Source of the DNA: Escherichia coli
GTDB taxonomy: Bacteria > Pseudomonadota > Gammaproteobacteria > Enterobacterales > Enterobacteriaceae
NCBI RefSeq assembly: GCF_024502345.1
Contig: NZ_JALDNN010000001.1
Direction: 5' to 3' (one strand)
Length of the DNA: 64,000 nucleotides
A program made the translations under genes and the position numbers. The notes beneath the pieces are model-generated. The model saw only the letters and a list, made by a program, of their open reading frames with translations. It searched no databases and was not told where the DNA came from. Positions 54,242 to 64,000 of this stretch are shown in pieces; positions within the stretch are counted from its first letter, which is position 1; every line of letters starts with the position of its first letter.

Positions 54242-54712
54242 ATGAAAACACAACGTGGTTATACGCTGATTGAAACGCTGGTCGCGATGCTGATTTTGGT
54301 CATGCTAAGCGCAAGTGGACTCTATGGCTGGCAATACTGGCAGCAGTCGCAACGGCTATGGCAAACCGCCAGCCAGGCGCGGGACTATTTGCTCTATTTA
54401 CGTGAAGATGCCAACTGGCATAACCGCGACCACAGTATCAGCGTTATCAGGGAGGGGACGTTATGGTGCCTTGTGAGTTCCGCTGCTGGGGCCAATACCT
54501 GTCATGGCAGTTCACCATTGGTCTTTGTGCCACGCTGGCCCGAAGTCGAAATGAGCGACCTGACACCTTCGCTTGCTTTCTTTGGCCTGCGCAATACCGC
54601 ATGGGCCGGGCATATTCGCTTCAAAAACTCAACGGGCGAGTGGTGGCTGGTGGTTTCGCCGTGGGGAAGACTCCGGCTTTGTCAGCAAGGAGAAACAGAA
54701 GGATGCCTGTAA
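54242..54712 (+). CDS. ppdA: prepilin-type N-terminal cleavage/methylation domain protein
   Basis: 156 aa; N-terminal [13 protein letters not shown] pseudopilin leader motif. Confidence 0.85.
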
Positions 54713-55266
54713 AAGAGCAAGGTTTTTCTCTGCTGGAAGTGTTGATTGCTATGGCGATCAGTAGCGTATTGTTGCTGGGGGCTGCACGCTTTCTGCCTGC
54801 GTTACAGCGTGAAAGTTTAACGAGCACCCGTAAGCTGGCGCTGGAAGATGAAATCTGGCTGCGGGTATTTACCGTCGCGAAGCATCTCCAGAGGGCGGGT
54901 TATTGTCATGGCAGCTGTACCGGCGAAGGGCTGGAAATTGTCGGACAGGGTGACTGTATCATTGTGCAGTGGGATGCGAACAGTAACGGTATCTGGGATC
55001 GCGAACCGGTAAAAGAGTCTGACCAGATTGGATTTCGTCTGAAGGAGCATGTGCTGGAAACGCTACGCGGTGCGACATCCTGTGAAGGTAAGGGCTGGGA
55101 TAAAGTCACTAATCCGGATGCCATCATTATCGACACTTTTCAGGTCGTACGTCAGGATGTCAGCGGCTTCTCGCCGGTGTTGACGGTTAATATGCGTGCT
55201 GCCAGTAAGTCTGAACCGCAAACCGTGGTGGATGCCAGCTATAGCGTGACAGGATTCAACCTGTGA
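54703..55266 (+). CDS. ppdB: prepilin-type N-terminal cleavage/methylation domain protein
   Basis: 187 aa from the internal ATG at 54703 ([21 protein letters not shown]...); the ORF track start 54463 is rejected. Confidence 0.85.
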
Positions 55267-55670
55267 ACCGCGAAAAAGGTGTTTCGTCACTGGCTCTGGT
55301 CCTGATGCTGCTGGTTTTGGGTAGCTTGCTATTGCAAGGAATGAGTCAGCAGGATCGCAGTTTTGCCTCTCGCGTGAGCATGGAAAGTCAGTCATTGCGC
55401 CGCCAGGCCATCGTTCAGTCGGCGCTGGCGTGGGGAAAAATGCACTCCTGGCAGACGCAGCCAGCAGTTCAGTGCTCGCAGTACGCTGGAACCGATGCCC
55501 AGGTTTGTTTGCGTTTACTGGCAGATAATGAAGCCTTATTGATTGCCGGTTATGAAGGCGTTTCGTTGTGGCGAACAGGCGAAGTCATTGATGGAAAAAT
55601 TGTTTTTTCGCCACGCGGCTGGAGCGATTTTTGTCCGCTGAAAGAGGGGGCATTATGTCAGCTTCCCTGA
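55263..55670 (+). CDS. ygdB: small exported protein co-located with the ppd genes
   Basis: 135 aa, GTG start; hydrophobic N-terminal segment. Confidence 0.8.
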   Translation: MNREKGVSSLALVLMLLVLGSLLLQGMSQQDRSFASRVSMESQSLRRQAIVQSALAWGKMHSWQTQPAVQCSQYAGTDAQVCLRLLADNEALLIAGYEGVSLWRTGEVIDGKIVFSPRGWSDFCPLKEGALCQLP

Positions 55671-55978
55671 AGAATCAACAAGGCTTTAGCCTGCCGGAGG
55701 TAATGGTTGCGATGGTGCTGATGGTGATGATTGTCACTGCGTTATCGGGTATCCAGCGAACATTAATGAACAGTCTCGCCAGCAGAAACCAGTACCAACA
55801 GCTCTGGCGGCATGGTTGGCAGCAAACGCAACTGCGCGCGATTTCGCCACCTGCCAACTGGCAGGTCAACCGAATGCAGACATCGCAGGCGGGATGTGTC
55901 AGCATCAGCGTTACGCTAGTTTCACCCGGGGGCAGAGAAGGCGAGATGACCCGCCTGCATTGCCCGAATCGTCAGTAG
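55655..55978 (+). CDS. ppdC: prepilin-type N-terminal cleavage/methylation domain protein
   Basis: 107 aa from the ATG at 55655 ([21 protein letters not shown]...). Confidence 0.8.
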   Translation: MSASLKNQQGFSLPEVMVAMVLMVMIVTALSGIQRTLMNSLASRNQYQQLWRHGWQQTQLRAISPPANWQVNRMQTSQAGCVSISVTLVSPGGREGEMTRLHCPNRQ

Positions 55979-55990
55979 TCAGGAGCCGCT

Positions 55991-58900
55991 ATGTTAAGGG
56001 TCTACCATTCCAATCGTCTGGACGTGCTGGAAGCGTTGATGGAGTTTATTGTCGAACGCGAACGGCTGGACGATCCTTTCGAACCAGAGATGATTCTGGT
56101 GCAAAGTACCGGTATGGCGCAGTGGCTGCAAATGACCCTGTCGCAAAAGTTTGGTATTGCGGCAAACATTGATTTTCCGCTGCCAGCGAGCTTTATCTGG
56201 GATATGTTCGTCCGGGTGTTACCGGAAATCCCCAAAGAGAGCGCCTTTAACAAACAGAGCATGAGCTGGAAACTGATGACTCTGCTGCCGCAATTGCTGG
56301 AGCGCGAAGACTTTACCCTGTTGCGGCATTATCTGACTGACGATAGCGACAAGCGAAAACTGTTCCAGCTTTCCTCAAAAGCGGCGGACCTGTTTGACCA
56401 GTATCTGGTCTATCGTCCGGACTGGCTGGCACAGTGGGAAACAGGACATTTGGTTGAAGGGCTGGGAGAAGCACAGGCCTGGCAAGCCCCGTTGTGGAAG
56501 GCGCTGGTGGAATATACCCATCAACTCGGGCAACCGCGCTGGCACCGCGCCAATCTCTATCAGCGCTTTATCGAAACGCTGGAGTCCGCGACGACCTGCC
56601 CGCCGGGGTTACCTTCGCGCGTCTTTATATGCGGTATTTCCGCGTTACCGCCTGTTTATCTCCAGGCGCTACAGGCGCTGGGTAAACATATTGAAATCCA
56701 TCTCCTGTTTACCAACCCCTGCCGTTATTACTGGGGCGATATTAAAGATCCTGCTTATCTGGCGAAACTGCTGACTCGTCAGCGTCGACACAGTTTTGAA
56801 GATCGCGAATTGCCGCTATTTCGCGATAGCGAAAATGCCGGACAGCTCTTTAACAGCGATGGTGAACAGGATGTCGGCAACCCGCTGCTGGCCTCATGGG
56901 GGAAGCTTGGGCGCGACTACATTTATCTCCTTTCTGACCTGGAGAGCAGCCAGGAGCTGGACGCTTTTGTCGATGTGACGCCAGATAACCTGCTGCATAA
57001 CATTCAGTCTGACATTCTGGAACTGGAAAACCGCGCCGTTGCGGGTGTGAACATCGAAGAGTTTTCCCGTAGCGATAACAAACGCCCGCTTGATCCACTG
57101 GATAGCAGTATCACATTCCACGTTTGCCATAGCCCGCAGCGTGAAGTTGAAGTTTTACACGATCGCTTGCTGGCGATGCTGGAGGAAGACCCGACACTTA
57201 CTCCGCGCGACATCATCGTGATGGTGGCTGATATCGACAGCTACAGTCCGTTTATTCAGGCAGTGTTTGGTAGCGCACCTGCGGATCGTTACCTGCCTTA
57301 CGCCATTTCCGACCGTCGTGCGCGGCAGTCACATCCGGTACTGGAAGCGTTTATCAGCCTGTTATCACTGCCTGACAGTCGCTTTGTGTCAGAGGATGTG
57401 CTGGCGCTGCTGGATGTGCCGGTGCTGGCGGCGCGGTTTGACATCACCGAAGAAGGGCTGCGTTATTTACGCCAGTGGGTCAACGAGTCCGGCATTCGTT
57501 GGGGGATAGATGACGACAACGTTCGCGAGCTGGAACTCCCCGCTACCGGTCAACACACCTGGCGGTTTGGCCTGACGCGCATGTTGCTGGGTTACGCGAT
57601 GGAGAGCGCGCAGGGCGAGTGGCAATCGGTTCTACCTTATGATGAATCGAGCGGCTTAATTGCAGAACTGGTGGGGCATCTGGCTTCCCTGCTAATGCAG
57701 CTAAACATCTGGCGTCGCGGGCTGGCACAGGAGCGTCCGCTAGAAGAGTGGTTGCCGGTTTGTCGCGATATGCTCAACGCCTTCTTCCTGCCGGATGCGG
57801 AAACCGAAGCGGCGATGACGCTGATCGAACAACAATGGCAGGCGATTATCGCCGAAGGTTTAGGTGCGCAGTATGGCGACGCGGTGCCGCTGTCACTATT
57901 GCGTGATGAACTGGCACAGCGTCTGGATCAAGAACGTATCAGCCAGCGTTTTCTCGCCGGACCGGTTAACATTTGTACTCTGATGCCAATGCGTTCAATT
58001 CCGTTCAAAGTGGTTTGCCTGCTGGGAATGAACGACGGCGTTTATCCACGTCAGCTTGCGCCATTGGGCTTTGACCTGATGAGCCAGAAACCGAAGCGTG
58101 GCGACCGTAGCCGTCGCGATGACGACCGCTACCTGTTCCTGGAAGCGTTAATTTCCGCGCAGCAAAAACTCTATATCAGCTATATCGGGCGTTCCATTCA
58201 GGATAACAGTGAACGTTTCCCGTCGGTACTGGTGCAGGAACTGATCGACTACATCGGGCAAAGTCATTATCTACCGGGCGATGAAGCGCTCAACTGTGAT
58301 GAAAGCGAGGCAAGGGTAAAAGCGCATCTTACTTGCCTCCATACCCGGATGCCGTTTGATCCGCAAAACTACCAGCCAGGCGAACGACAAAGCTATGCTC
58401 GTGAATGGCTACCTGCGGCCAGCCAGGCTGGTAAAGCACATTCTGAATTTGTTCAGCCGCTGCCGTTTACCTTACCGGAAACCGTGCCGCTGGAAACGCT
58501 ACAACGATTCTGGGCACATCCGGTGCGGGCGTTCTTCCAGATGCGTTTGCAGGTGAACTTCCGTACTGAAGACAGCGAAATCCCAGACACCGAGCCATTT
58601 ATTCTGGAAGGGCTTAGCCGTTATCAAATCAATCAGCAGTTATTGAATGCACTGGTTGAGCAGGATGATGCCGAACGCTTGTTCCGCCGCTTCCGGGCGG
58701 CAGGGGATTTACCGTATGGCGCTTTTGGTGAAATTTTCTGGGAAACACAGTGCCAGGAGATGCAGCAGCTTGCCGACAGAGTCATTGCCTGTCGCCAGCC
58801 TGGGCAGAGTATGGAAATTGATCTCGCCTGCAACGGTGTGCAGATAACTGGCTGGTTGCCGCAGGTGCAGCCGGATGGCCTGTTGCGCTGGCGTCCCTCT

Positions 58901-59359
58901 TTATTAAGTGTGGCGCAGGGAATGCAACTTTGGCTGGAACACCTTGTCTACTGTGCCAGCGGTGGTAATGGTGAAAGTCGCCTTTTTCTACGCAAAGACG
59001 GCGAGTGGCGTTTTCCGCCGCTTGCAGCCGAACAGGCTTTGCATTACCTCTCACAACTGATTGAGGGGTATCGTGAAGGGATGTCCGCGCCATTGCTGGT
59101 GTTACCTGAAAGTGGCGGCGCGTGGCTAAAAACCTGTTATGACGCGCAAAACGATGCCATGCTGGATGACGATTCCACGTTGCAAAAAGCCCGTACGAAA
59201 TTCCTTCAGGCTTACGAAGGCAACATGATGGTGCGTGGCGAAGGTGATGATATCTGGTATCAAAGGCTCTGGCGGCAATTAACACCAGAGACAATGGAGG
59301 CCATCGTTGAACAGTCGCAACGTTTCCTGTTACCGCTGTTTCGCTTTAATCAGTCATGA
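55991..59359 (+). CDS. recC: exodeoxyribonuclease V gamma subunit
   Basis: 1122 aa; MLRVYHSNRLDVLEALMEFIVERERLDDPFEPEMILVQSTGMAQWLQ... Confidence 0.95.
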   Translation: MLRVYHSNRLDVLEALMEFIVERERLDDPFEPEMILVQSTGMAQWLQMTLSQKFGIAANIDFPLPASFIWDMFVRVLPEIPKESAFNKQSMSWKLMTLLPQLLEREDFTLLRHYLTDDSDKRKLFQLSSKAADLFDQYLVYRPDWLAQWETGHLVEGLGEAQAWQAPLWKALVEYTHQLGQPRWHRANLYQRFIETLESATTCPPGLPSRVFICGISALPPVYLQALQALGKHIEIHLLFTNPCRYYWGDIKDPAYLAKLLTRQRRHSFEDRELPLFRDSENAGQLFNSDGEQDVGNPLLASWGKLGRDYIYLLSDLESSQELDAFVDVTPDNLLHNIQSDILELENRAVAGVNIEEFSRSDNKRPLDPLDSSITFHVCHSPQREVEVLHDRLLAMLEEDPTLTPRDIIVMVADIDSYSPFIQAVFGSAPADRYLPYAISDRRARQSHPVLEAFISLLSLPDSRFVSEDVLALLDVPVLAARFDITEEGLRYLRQWVNESGIRWGIDDDNVRELELPATGQHTWRFGLTRMLLGYAMESAQGEWQSVLPYDESSGLIAELVGHLASLLMQLNIWRRGLAQERPLEEWLPVCRDMLNAFFLPDAETEAAMTLIEQQWQAIIAEGLGAQYGDAVPLSLLRDELAQRLDQERISQRFLAGPVNICTLMPMRSIPFKVVCLLGMNDGVYPRQLAPLGFDLMSQKPKRGDRSRRDDDRYLFLEALISAQQKLYISYIGRSIQDNSERFPSVLVQELIDYIGQSHYLPGDEALNCDESEARVKAHLTCLHTRMPFDPQNYQPGERQSYAREWLPAASQAGKAHSEFVQPLPFTLPETVPLETLQRFWAHPVRAFFQMRLQVNFRTEDSEIPDTEPFILEGLSRYQINQQLLNALVEQDDAERLFRRFRAAGDLPYGAFGEIFWETQCQEMQQLADRVIACRQPGQSMEIDLACNGVQITGWLPQVQPDGLLRWRPSLLSVAQGMQLWLEHLVYCASGGNGESRLFLRKDGEWRFPPLAAEQALHYLSQLIEGYREGMSAPLLVLPESGGAWLKTCYDAQNDAMLDDDSTLQKARTKFLQAYEGNMMVRGEGDDIWYQRLWRQLTPETMEAIVEQSQRFLLPLFRFNQS

Positions 59360-59534
59360 GTGCTGTATAAAAATTGCGCAATCTATCCGCTTACTTTATG
59401 ATGCGCACCAGTCACGGACTGATGGTTATATAAACATAGGCTGACTCGTGCAGCACAAGATTAAATTCTGGCAGATGATTTGCGTTAACGTGTTGAATCT
59501 GGACAGAAAATTAAGTTGATTATGAGGTCCGTGA

Positions 59535-62423
59535 ATGCCCCGCAGCACCTGGTTCAAAGCATTATTGTTGTTAGTTGCCCTTTGGGCACCCTTAAGTCAG
59601 GCAGAAACGGGATGGCAGCCGATTCAGGAAACCATCCGTAAAAGTGATAAAGATAACCGCCAGTATCAGGCTATACGTCTGGATAACGGTATGGTGGTCT
59701 TGCTGGTTTCTGATCCGCAGGCAGTTAAATCGCTCTCGGCGCTGGTGGTGCCCGTTGGGTCGCTGGAAGATCCCGAGGCGTACCAGGGGCTGGCACATTA
59801 CCTTGAACATATGAGTCTGATGGGGTCGAAAAAGTACCCGCAGGCTGACAGTCTGGCCGAATATCTCAAAATGCACGGCGGTAGTCACAATGCCAGCACT
59901 GCGCCGTATCGCACGGCTTTCTATCTGGAAGTTGAGAACGACGCCTTGCCTGGTGCGGTAGACCGCCTGGCTGATGCTATTGCAGAACCCTTGCTCGACA
60001 AGAAATACGCCGAACGTGAGCGTAATGCAGTGAACGCTGAATTAACCATGGCGCGTACGCGTGACGGGATGCGCATGGCACAGGTCAGCGCAGAAACCAT
60101 TAACCCGGCACACCCCGGTTCAAAGTTTTCTGGTGGTAACCTCGAAACTTTAAGCGACAAACCTGGTAATCCGGTGCAGCAGGCGCTGAAAGATTTCCAC
60201 GAGAAGTACTATTCCGCCAATCTGATGAAGGCGGTTATTTACAGCAATAAACCGCTGCCGGAGTTGGCAAAAATGGCGGCGGACACCTTTGGTCGCGTGC
60301 CGAACAAAGAGAGCAAAAAACCGGAAATCACCGTGCCGGTAGTCACCGACGCGCAAAAGGGCATTATCATTCATTACGTCCCGGCGCTGCCGCGTAAAGT
60401 GTTGCGCGTAGAGTTTCGTATTGATAACAACTCGGCGAAATTCCGTAGCAAAACCGATGAATTGATTACCTATCTGATTGGTAATCGCAGCCCAGGTACA
60501 CTTTCCGACTGGCTGCAAAAGCAGGGATTAGTTGAGGGCATTAGCGCCAACTCCGATCCTATCGTCAACGGCAACAGCGGCGTATTAGCGATCTCTGCGT
60601 CTTTAACCGATAAAGGTCTGGCGAATCGCGATCAGGTTGTGGCGGCTATTTTTAGCTACCTCAATTTGTTACGTGAAAAAGGGATCGATAAACAATACTT
60701 CGATGAACTGGCGAATGTGCTGGATATCGACTTCCGTTATCCGTCAATCACCCGTGATATGGATTACGTCGAATGGCTGGCAGATACCATGATTCGCGTT
60801 CCTGTTGAGCATACGCTGGATGCAGTCAATATTGCCGATCGGTACGATGCTAAAGCAGTAAAGGAACGTCTGGCGATGATGACGCCGCAGAATGCGCGTA
60901 TCTGGTATATCAGCCCGAAAGAGCCGCACAACAAAACGGCTTACTTTGTCGATGCGCCGTATCAGGTCGATAAAATCAGCGCACAAACTTTCGCCGACTG
61001 GCAGAAAAAAGCCGCCGACATTGCGCTCTCTTTGCCAGAGCTTAACCCTTATATTCCTGACGATTTCTCGCTGATTAAGTCAGAGAAGAAATACGACCAT
61101 CCAGAGCTGATTGTTGATGAGTCGAATCTGCGCGTGGTGTATGCGCCAAGCCGTTATTTTTCCAGCGAACCCAAAGCTGATGTCAGCCTGATTTTGCGTA
61201 ATCCGAAAGCCATGGACAGCGCCAGCAATCAGGTGATGTTTGCGCTCAATGATTATCTCGCAGGGCTGGCGCTTGATCAGTTAAGCAACCAGGCGTCGGT
61301 TGGTGGCATAAGTTTTTCCACCAACGCTAACAACGGCCTTATGGTTAATGCTAATGGTTACACCCAGCGTCTGCCGCAGCTGTTCCAGGCATTGCTCGAG
61401 GGCTACTTTAACTATACCGCTACGGAAGATCAGCTTGAGCAGGCGAAGTCCTGGTATAACCAGATGATGGATTCCGCAGAAAAGGGTAAAGCGTTTGAGC
61501 AGGCGATTATGCCCGCGCAGATGCTCTCGCAAGTGCCGTACTTCTCGCGAGATGAACGGCGTAAAATTTTGCCCTCCATTACGTTGAAAGAGGTGCTGGC
61601 TTATCGCGACGCCTTAAAATCAGGGGCTCGACCAGAGTTTATGGTTATCGGCAACATGACCGAGGCCCAGGCAACAACGCTGGCACGCGATGTGCAAAAA
61701 CAGTTGGGCGCTGATGGTTCAGAGTGGTGTCGAAACAAAGATGTAGTGGTCGATAAAAAACAATCCGTCATCTTTGAAAAAGCTGGTAACAGCACCGACT
61801 CCGCACTGGCAGCGGTATTTGTACCGACTGGCTACGATGAATACACCAGCTCAGCCTATAGCTCTCTGTTGGGGCAGATCGTACAGCCGTGGTTCTACAA
61901 TCAGTTGCGTACTGAAGAACAATTGGGCTATGCCGTGTTTGCATTTCCAATGAGCGTGGGGCGTCAGTGGGGCATGGGCTTCCTTTTGCAAAGCAATGAT
62001 AAACAGCCTTCCTTCTTGTGGGAGCGTTACAAGGCGTTTTTCCCAACCGCAGAGGCAAAATTGCGGGCGATGAAGCCAGAAGAGTTTGCGCAAATCCAGC
62101 AGGCGGTAATTACCCAGATGCTGCAGGCACCGCAAACGCTCGGCGAAGAAGCATCGAAGTTAAGTAAAGATTTCGATCGCGGCAATATGCGCTTCGATTC
62201 GCGTGATAAAATCGTGGCCCAGATAAAACTGCTGACGCCGCAAAAACTTGCTGATTTCTTCCATCAGGCGGTGGTCGAGCCGCAAGGCATGGCTATTCTG
62301 TCGCAGATTTCCGGCAGCCAGAACGGGAAAGCCGAATATGTGCATCCTGAAGGCTGGAAAGTGTGGGAGAACGTCAGCGCGTTGCAGCAAACAATGCCCC
62401 TGATGAGTGAAAAGAATGAGTGA
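59535..62423 (+). CDS. ptrA: protease III (pitrilysin, M16 family)
   Basis: 962 aa; signal peptide and inverted zinc-binding HxxEH motif (HYLEHM). Confidence 0.95.
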   Translation: MPRSTWFKALLLLVALWAPLSQAETGWQPIQETIRKSDKDNRQYQAIRLDNGMVVLLVSDPQAVKSLSALVVPVGSLEDPEAYQGLAHYLEHMSLMGSKKYPQADSLAEYLKMHGGSHNASTAPYRTAFYLEVENDALPGAVDRLADAIAEPLLDKKYAERERNAVNAELTMARTRDGMRMAQVSAETINPAHPGSKFSGGNLETLSDKPGNPVQQALKDFHEKYYSANLMKAVIYSNKPLPELAKMAADTFGRVPNKESKKPEITVPVVTDAQKGIIIHYVPALPRKVLRVEFRIDNNSAKFRSKTDELITYLIGNRSPGTLSDWLQKQGLVEGISANSDPIVNGNSGVLAISASLTDKGLANRDQVVAAIFSYLNLLREKGIDKQYFDELANVLDIDFRYPSITRDMDYVEWLADTMIRVPVEHTLDAVNIADRYDAKAVKERLAMMTPQNARIWYISPKEPHNKTAYFVDAPYQVDKISAQTFADWQKKAADIALSLPELNPYIPDDFSLIKSEKKYDHPELIVDESNLRVVYAPSRYFSSEPKADVSLILRNPKAMDSASNQVMFALNDYLAGLALDQLSNQASVGGISFSTNANNGLMVNANGYTQRLPQLFQALLEGYFNYTATEDQLEQAKSWYNQMMDSAEKGKAFEQAIMPAQMLSQVPYFSRDERRKILPSITLKEVLAYRDALKSGARPEFMVIGNMTEAQATTLARDVQKQLGADGSEWCRNKDVVVDKKQSVIFEKAGNSTDSALAAVFVPTGYDEYTSSAYSSLLGQIVQPWFYNQLRTEEQLGYAVFAFPMSVGRQWGMGFLLQSNDKQPSFLWERYKAFFPTAEAKLRAMKPEEFAQIQQAVITQMLQAPQTLGEEASKLSKDFDRGNMRFDSRDKIVAQIKLLTPQKLADFFHQAVVEPQGMAILSQISGSQNGKAEYVHPEGWKVWENVSALQQTMPLMSEKNE

Positions 62424-64000
62424 TGTCGCCGAGACACTAGATCCTTTGCGCTTGCCCTTACAGGGCGAGCGCCTGATTGAAGCCTCTGCCGGCACAGGCA
62501 AAACCTTTACGATTGCAGCGCTCTATTTGCGCCTGTTACTTGGACTAGGCGGTTCCGCCGCCTTTCCCCGCCCGCTGACCGTTGAAGAACTGCTGGTGGT
62601 CACCTTTACCGAGGCTGCCACGGCAGAATTGCGCGGTCGTATCCGTAGCAATATCCACGAGTTGCGCATCGCCTGTCTGCGTGAAACCACCGACAATCCA
62701 CTGTACGAACGCCTGCTGGAAGAGATCGACGATAAAGCGCAAGCCGCGCAGTGGTTGTTGTTAGCCGAACGGCAGATGGACGAAGCGGCAGTCTTTACTA
62801 TTCACGGCTTTTGCCAGCGCATGCTCAACCTGAATGCCTTTGAATCCGGCATGCTGTTTGAGCAGCAGCTGATTGAAGATGAGTCTCTGCTACGCTACCA
62901 GGCCTGCGCCGATTTCTGGCGTCGCCACTGCTACCCGCTGCCGCGTGAAATAGCCCAGGTCGTCTTTGAAACCTGGGAAGGGCCGCAGGCGTTGCTGCGC
63001 GATATTAATCGTTATCTGCAAGGCGAAGCGCCGGTTATCAAAGCACCGCCGCCCGATGATGAAACGCTGGCTTCCCGCCACGCGCAAATTGTGGCGCGTA
63101 TTGATACGGTAAAACAGCAGTGGCGCGACGCAGTGGGTGAACTGGATGCGCTGATCGAATCTTCTGGTATTGATCGACGCAAGTTTAACCGTAGCAATCA
63201 GGCTAAATGGATCGACAAGATCAGCGCCTGGGCAGAAGAAGAGACCAACAGTTATCAGTTGCCAGAGTCGCTGGAAAAATTCTCCCAGCGTTTCTTAGAA
63301 GATCGCACGAAAGCCGGGGGGGAAACCCCGCGACATCCACTGTTTGAGGCGATCGATCAACTGCTTGCAGAACCATTGTCGATCCGCGATCTGGTGATCA
63401 CCCGCGCATTGGCTGAGATCCGCGAAACAGTAGCGCGTGAAAAACGCCGCCGTGGCGAATTGGGTTTTGATGACATGTTAAGTCGGCTCGATTCCGCGCT
63501 GCGTAGCGAAAGCGGTGAGGTGTTGGCAGCGGCGATCCGTACGCGATTCCCGGTGGCAATGATCGATGAATTTCAGGATACCGACCCCCAGCAGTACCGA
63601 ATTTTTCGCCGTATCTGGCACCATCAGCCGGAAACCGCATTGTTGCTGATTGGCGACCCGAAGCAGGCCATATATGCATTCCGGGGTGCGGATATCTTCA
63701 CTTATATGAAGGCGCGTAGCGAAGTTCACGCCCACTACACTTTAGACACCAACTGGCGTTCCGCACCAGGAATGGTGAACAGCGTGAATAAGCTTTTCAG
63801 CCAGACTGATGACGCGTTCATGTTTCGCGAAATACCGTTTATTCCAGTGAAATCAGCCGGGAAAAATCAGGCGTTACGTTTTGTATTTAAAGGTGAAACG
63901 CAGCCTGCGATGAAAATGTGGCTGATGGAAGGCGAAAGCTGCGGCGTTGGCGATTATCAAAGTACCATGGCGCAGGTATGTGCTGCGCAAATCCGCGACT
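62416..64000 (+). CDS. recB: exodeoxyribonuclease V beta subunit (5' part; continues beyond the window)
   Basis: ATG at 62416 overlapping the ptrA stop; translation MSDVAETLDPLRLPLQGERLIEASAGTGKTFTIAALYLRLLLG... with helicase Walker A motif. Confidence 0.95.
   Translation, partial: MSDVAETLDPLRLPLQGERLIEASAGTGKTFTIAALYLRLLLGLGGSAAFPRPLTVEELLVVTFTEAATAELRGRIRSNIHELRIACLRETTDNPLYERLLEEIDDKAQAAQWLLLAERQMDEAAVFTIHGFCQRMLNLNAFESGMLFEQQLIEDESLLRYQACADFWRRHCYPLPREIAQVVFETWEGPQALLRDINRYLQGEAPVIKAPPPDDETLASRHAQIVARIDTVKQQWRDAVGELDALIESSGIDRRKFNRSNQAKWIDKISAWAEEETNSYQLPESLEKFSQRFLEDRTKAGGETPRHPLFEAIDQLLAEPLSIRDLVITRALAEIRETVAREKRRRGELGFDDMLSRLDSALRSESGEVLAAAIRTRFPVAMIDEFQDTDPQQYRIFRRIWHHQPETALLLIGDPKQAIYAFRGADIFTYMKARSEVHAHYTLDTNWRSAPGMVNSVNKLFSQTDDAFMFREIPFIPVKSAGKNQALRFVFKGETQPAMKMWLMEGESCGVGDYQSTMAQVCAAQIRD

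Overview
This window is an Escherichia coli-type chromosomal segment, read in reverse orientation relative to the K-12 reference map (gene identities and reference order are from memory of the protein translations; no database search was run). It runs from the 3' end of ygfT through the purine/xanthine-dehydrogenase-associated cluster (ygfS, ghxQ, guaD, xanQ, xdhD, ygfM, ssnA, ygfK, mocA, yqeC, yqeB, yqeA, hyuA, ygeY, dpaL/ygeX, ygeW, the sigma-54 activator ygeV, xdhCBA), then ygeR and tRNA-Gly (glyU). Next comes the accessory part: a heavily degraded AT-rich ETT2-type island remnant carrying an IS3 copy interrupted by IS30, and an IS903-family element that sits where yqeG(5')-yqeF-kduI-kduD would be expected. 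After that the core backbone resumes: araE, ygeA, lysR, lysA, galR, the sRNAs OmrB and OmrA, aas-lplT, tas, ygdR, ygdQ, mutH, a DnaA-box cluster consistent with DARS2, rppH-ptsP, lgt-thyA, ppdA-ppdB-ygdB-ppdC-recC, ptrA and the 5' part of recB. All core genes look intact. The points most worth follow-up are the IS-mediated remodelling of the glyU island, three sigma-54-like promoter candidates around the ygeV cluster, and the DnaA-box cluster. I found no CRISPR array, prophage or clearly novel gene system; the ORF track uses alternative start codons, so several ORFs carry spurious N-terminal extensions that I trimmed.
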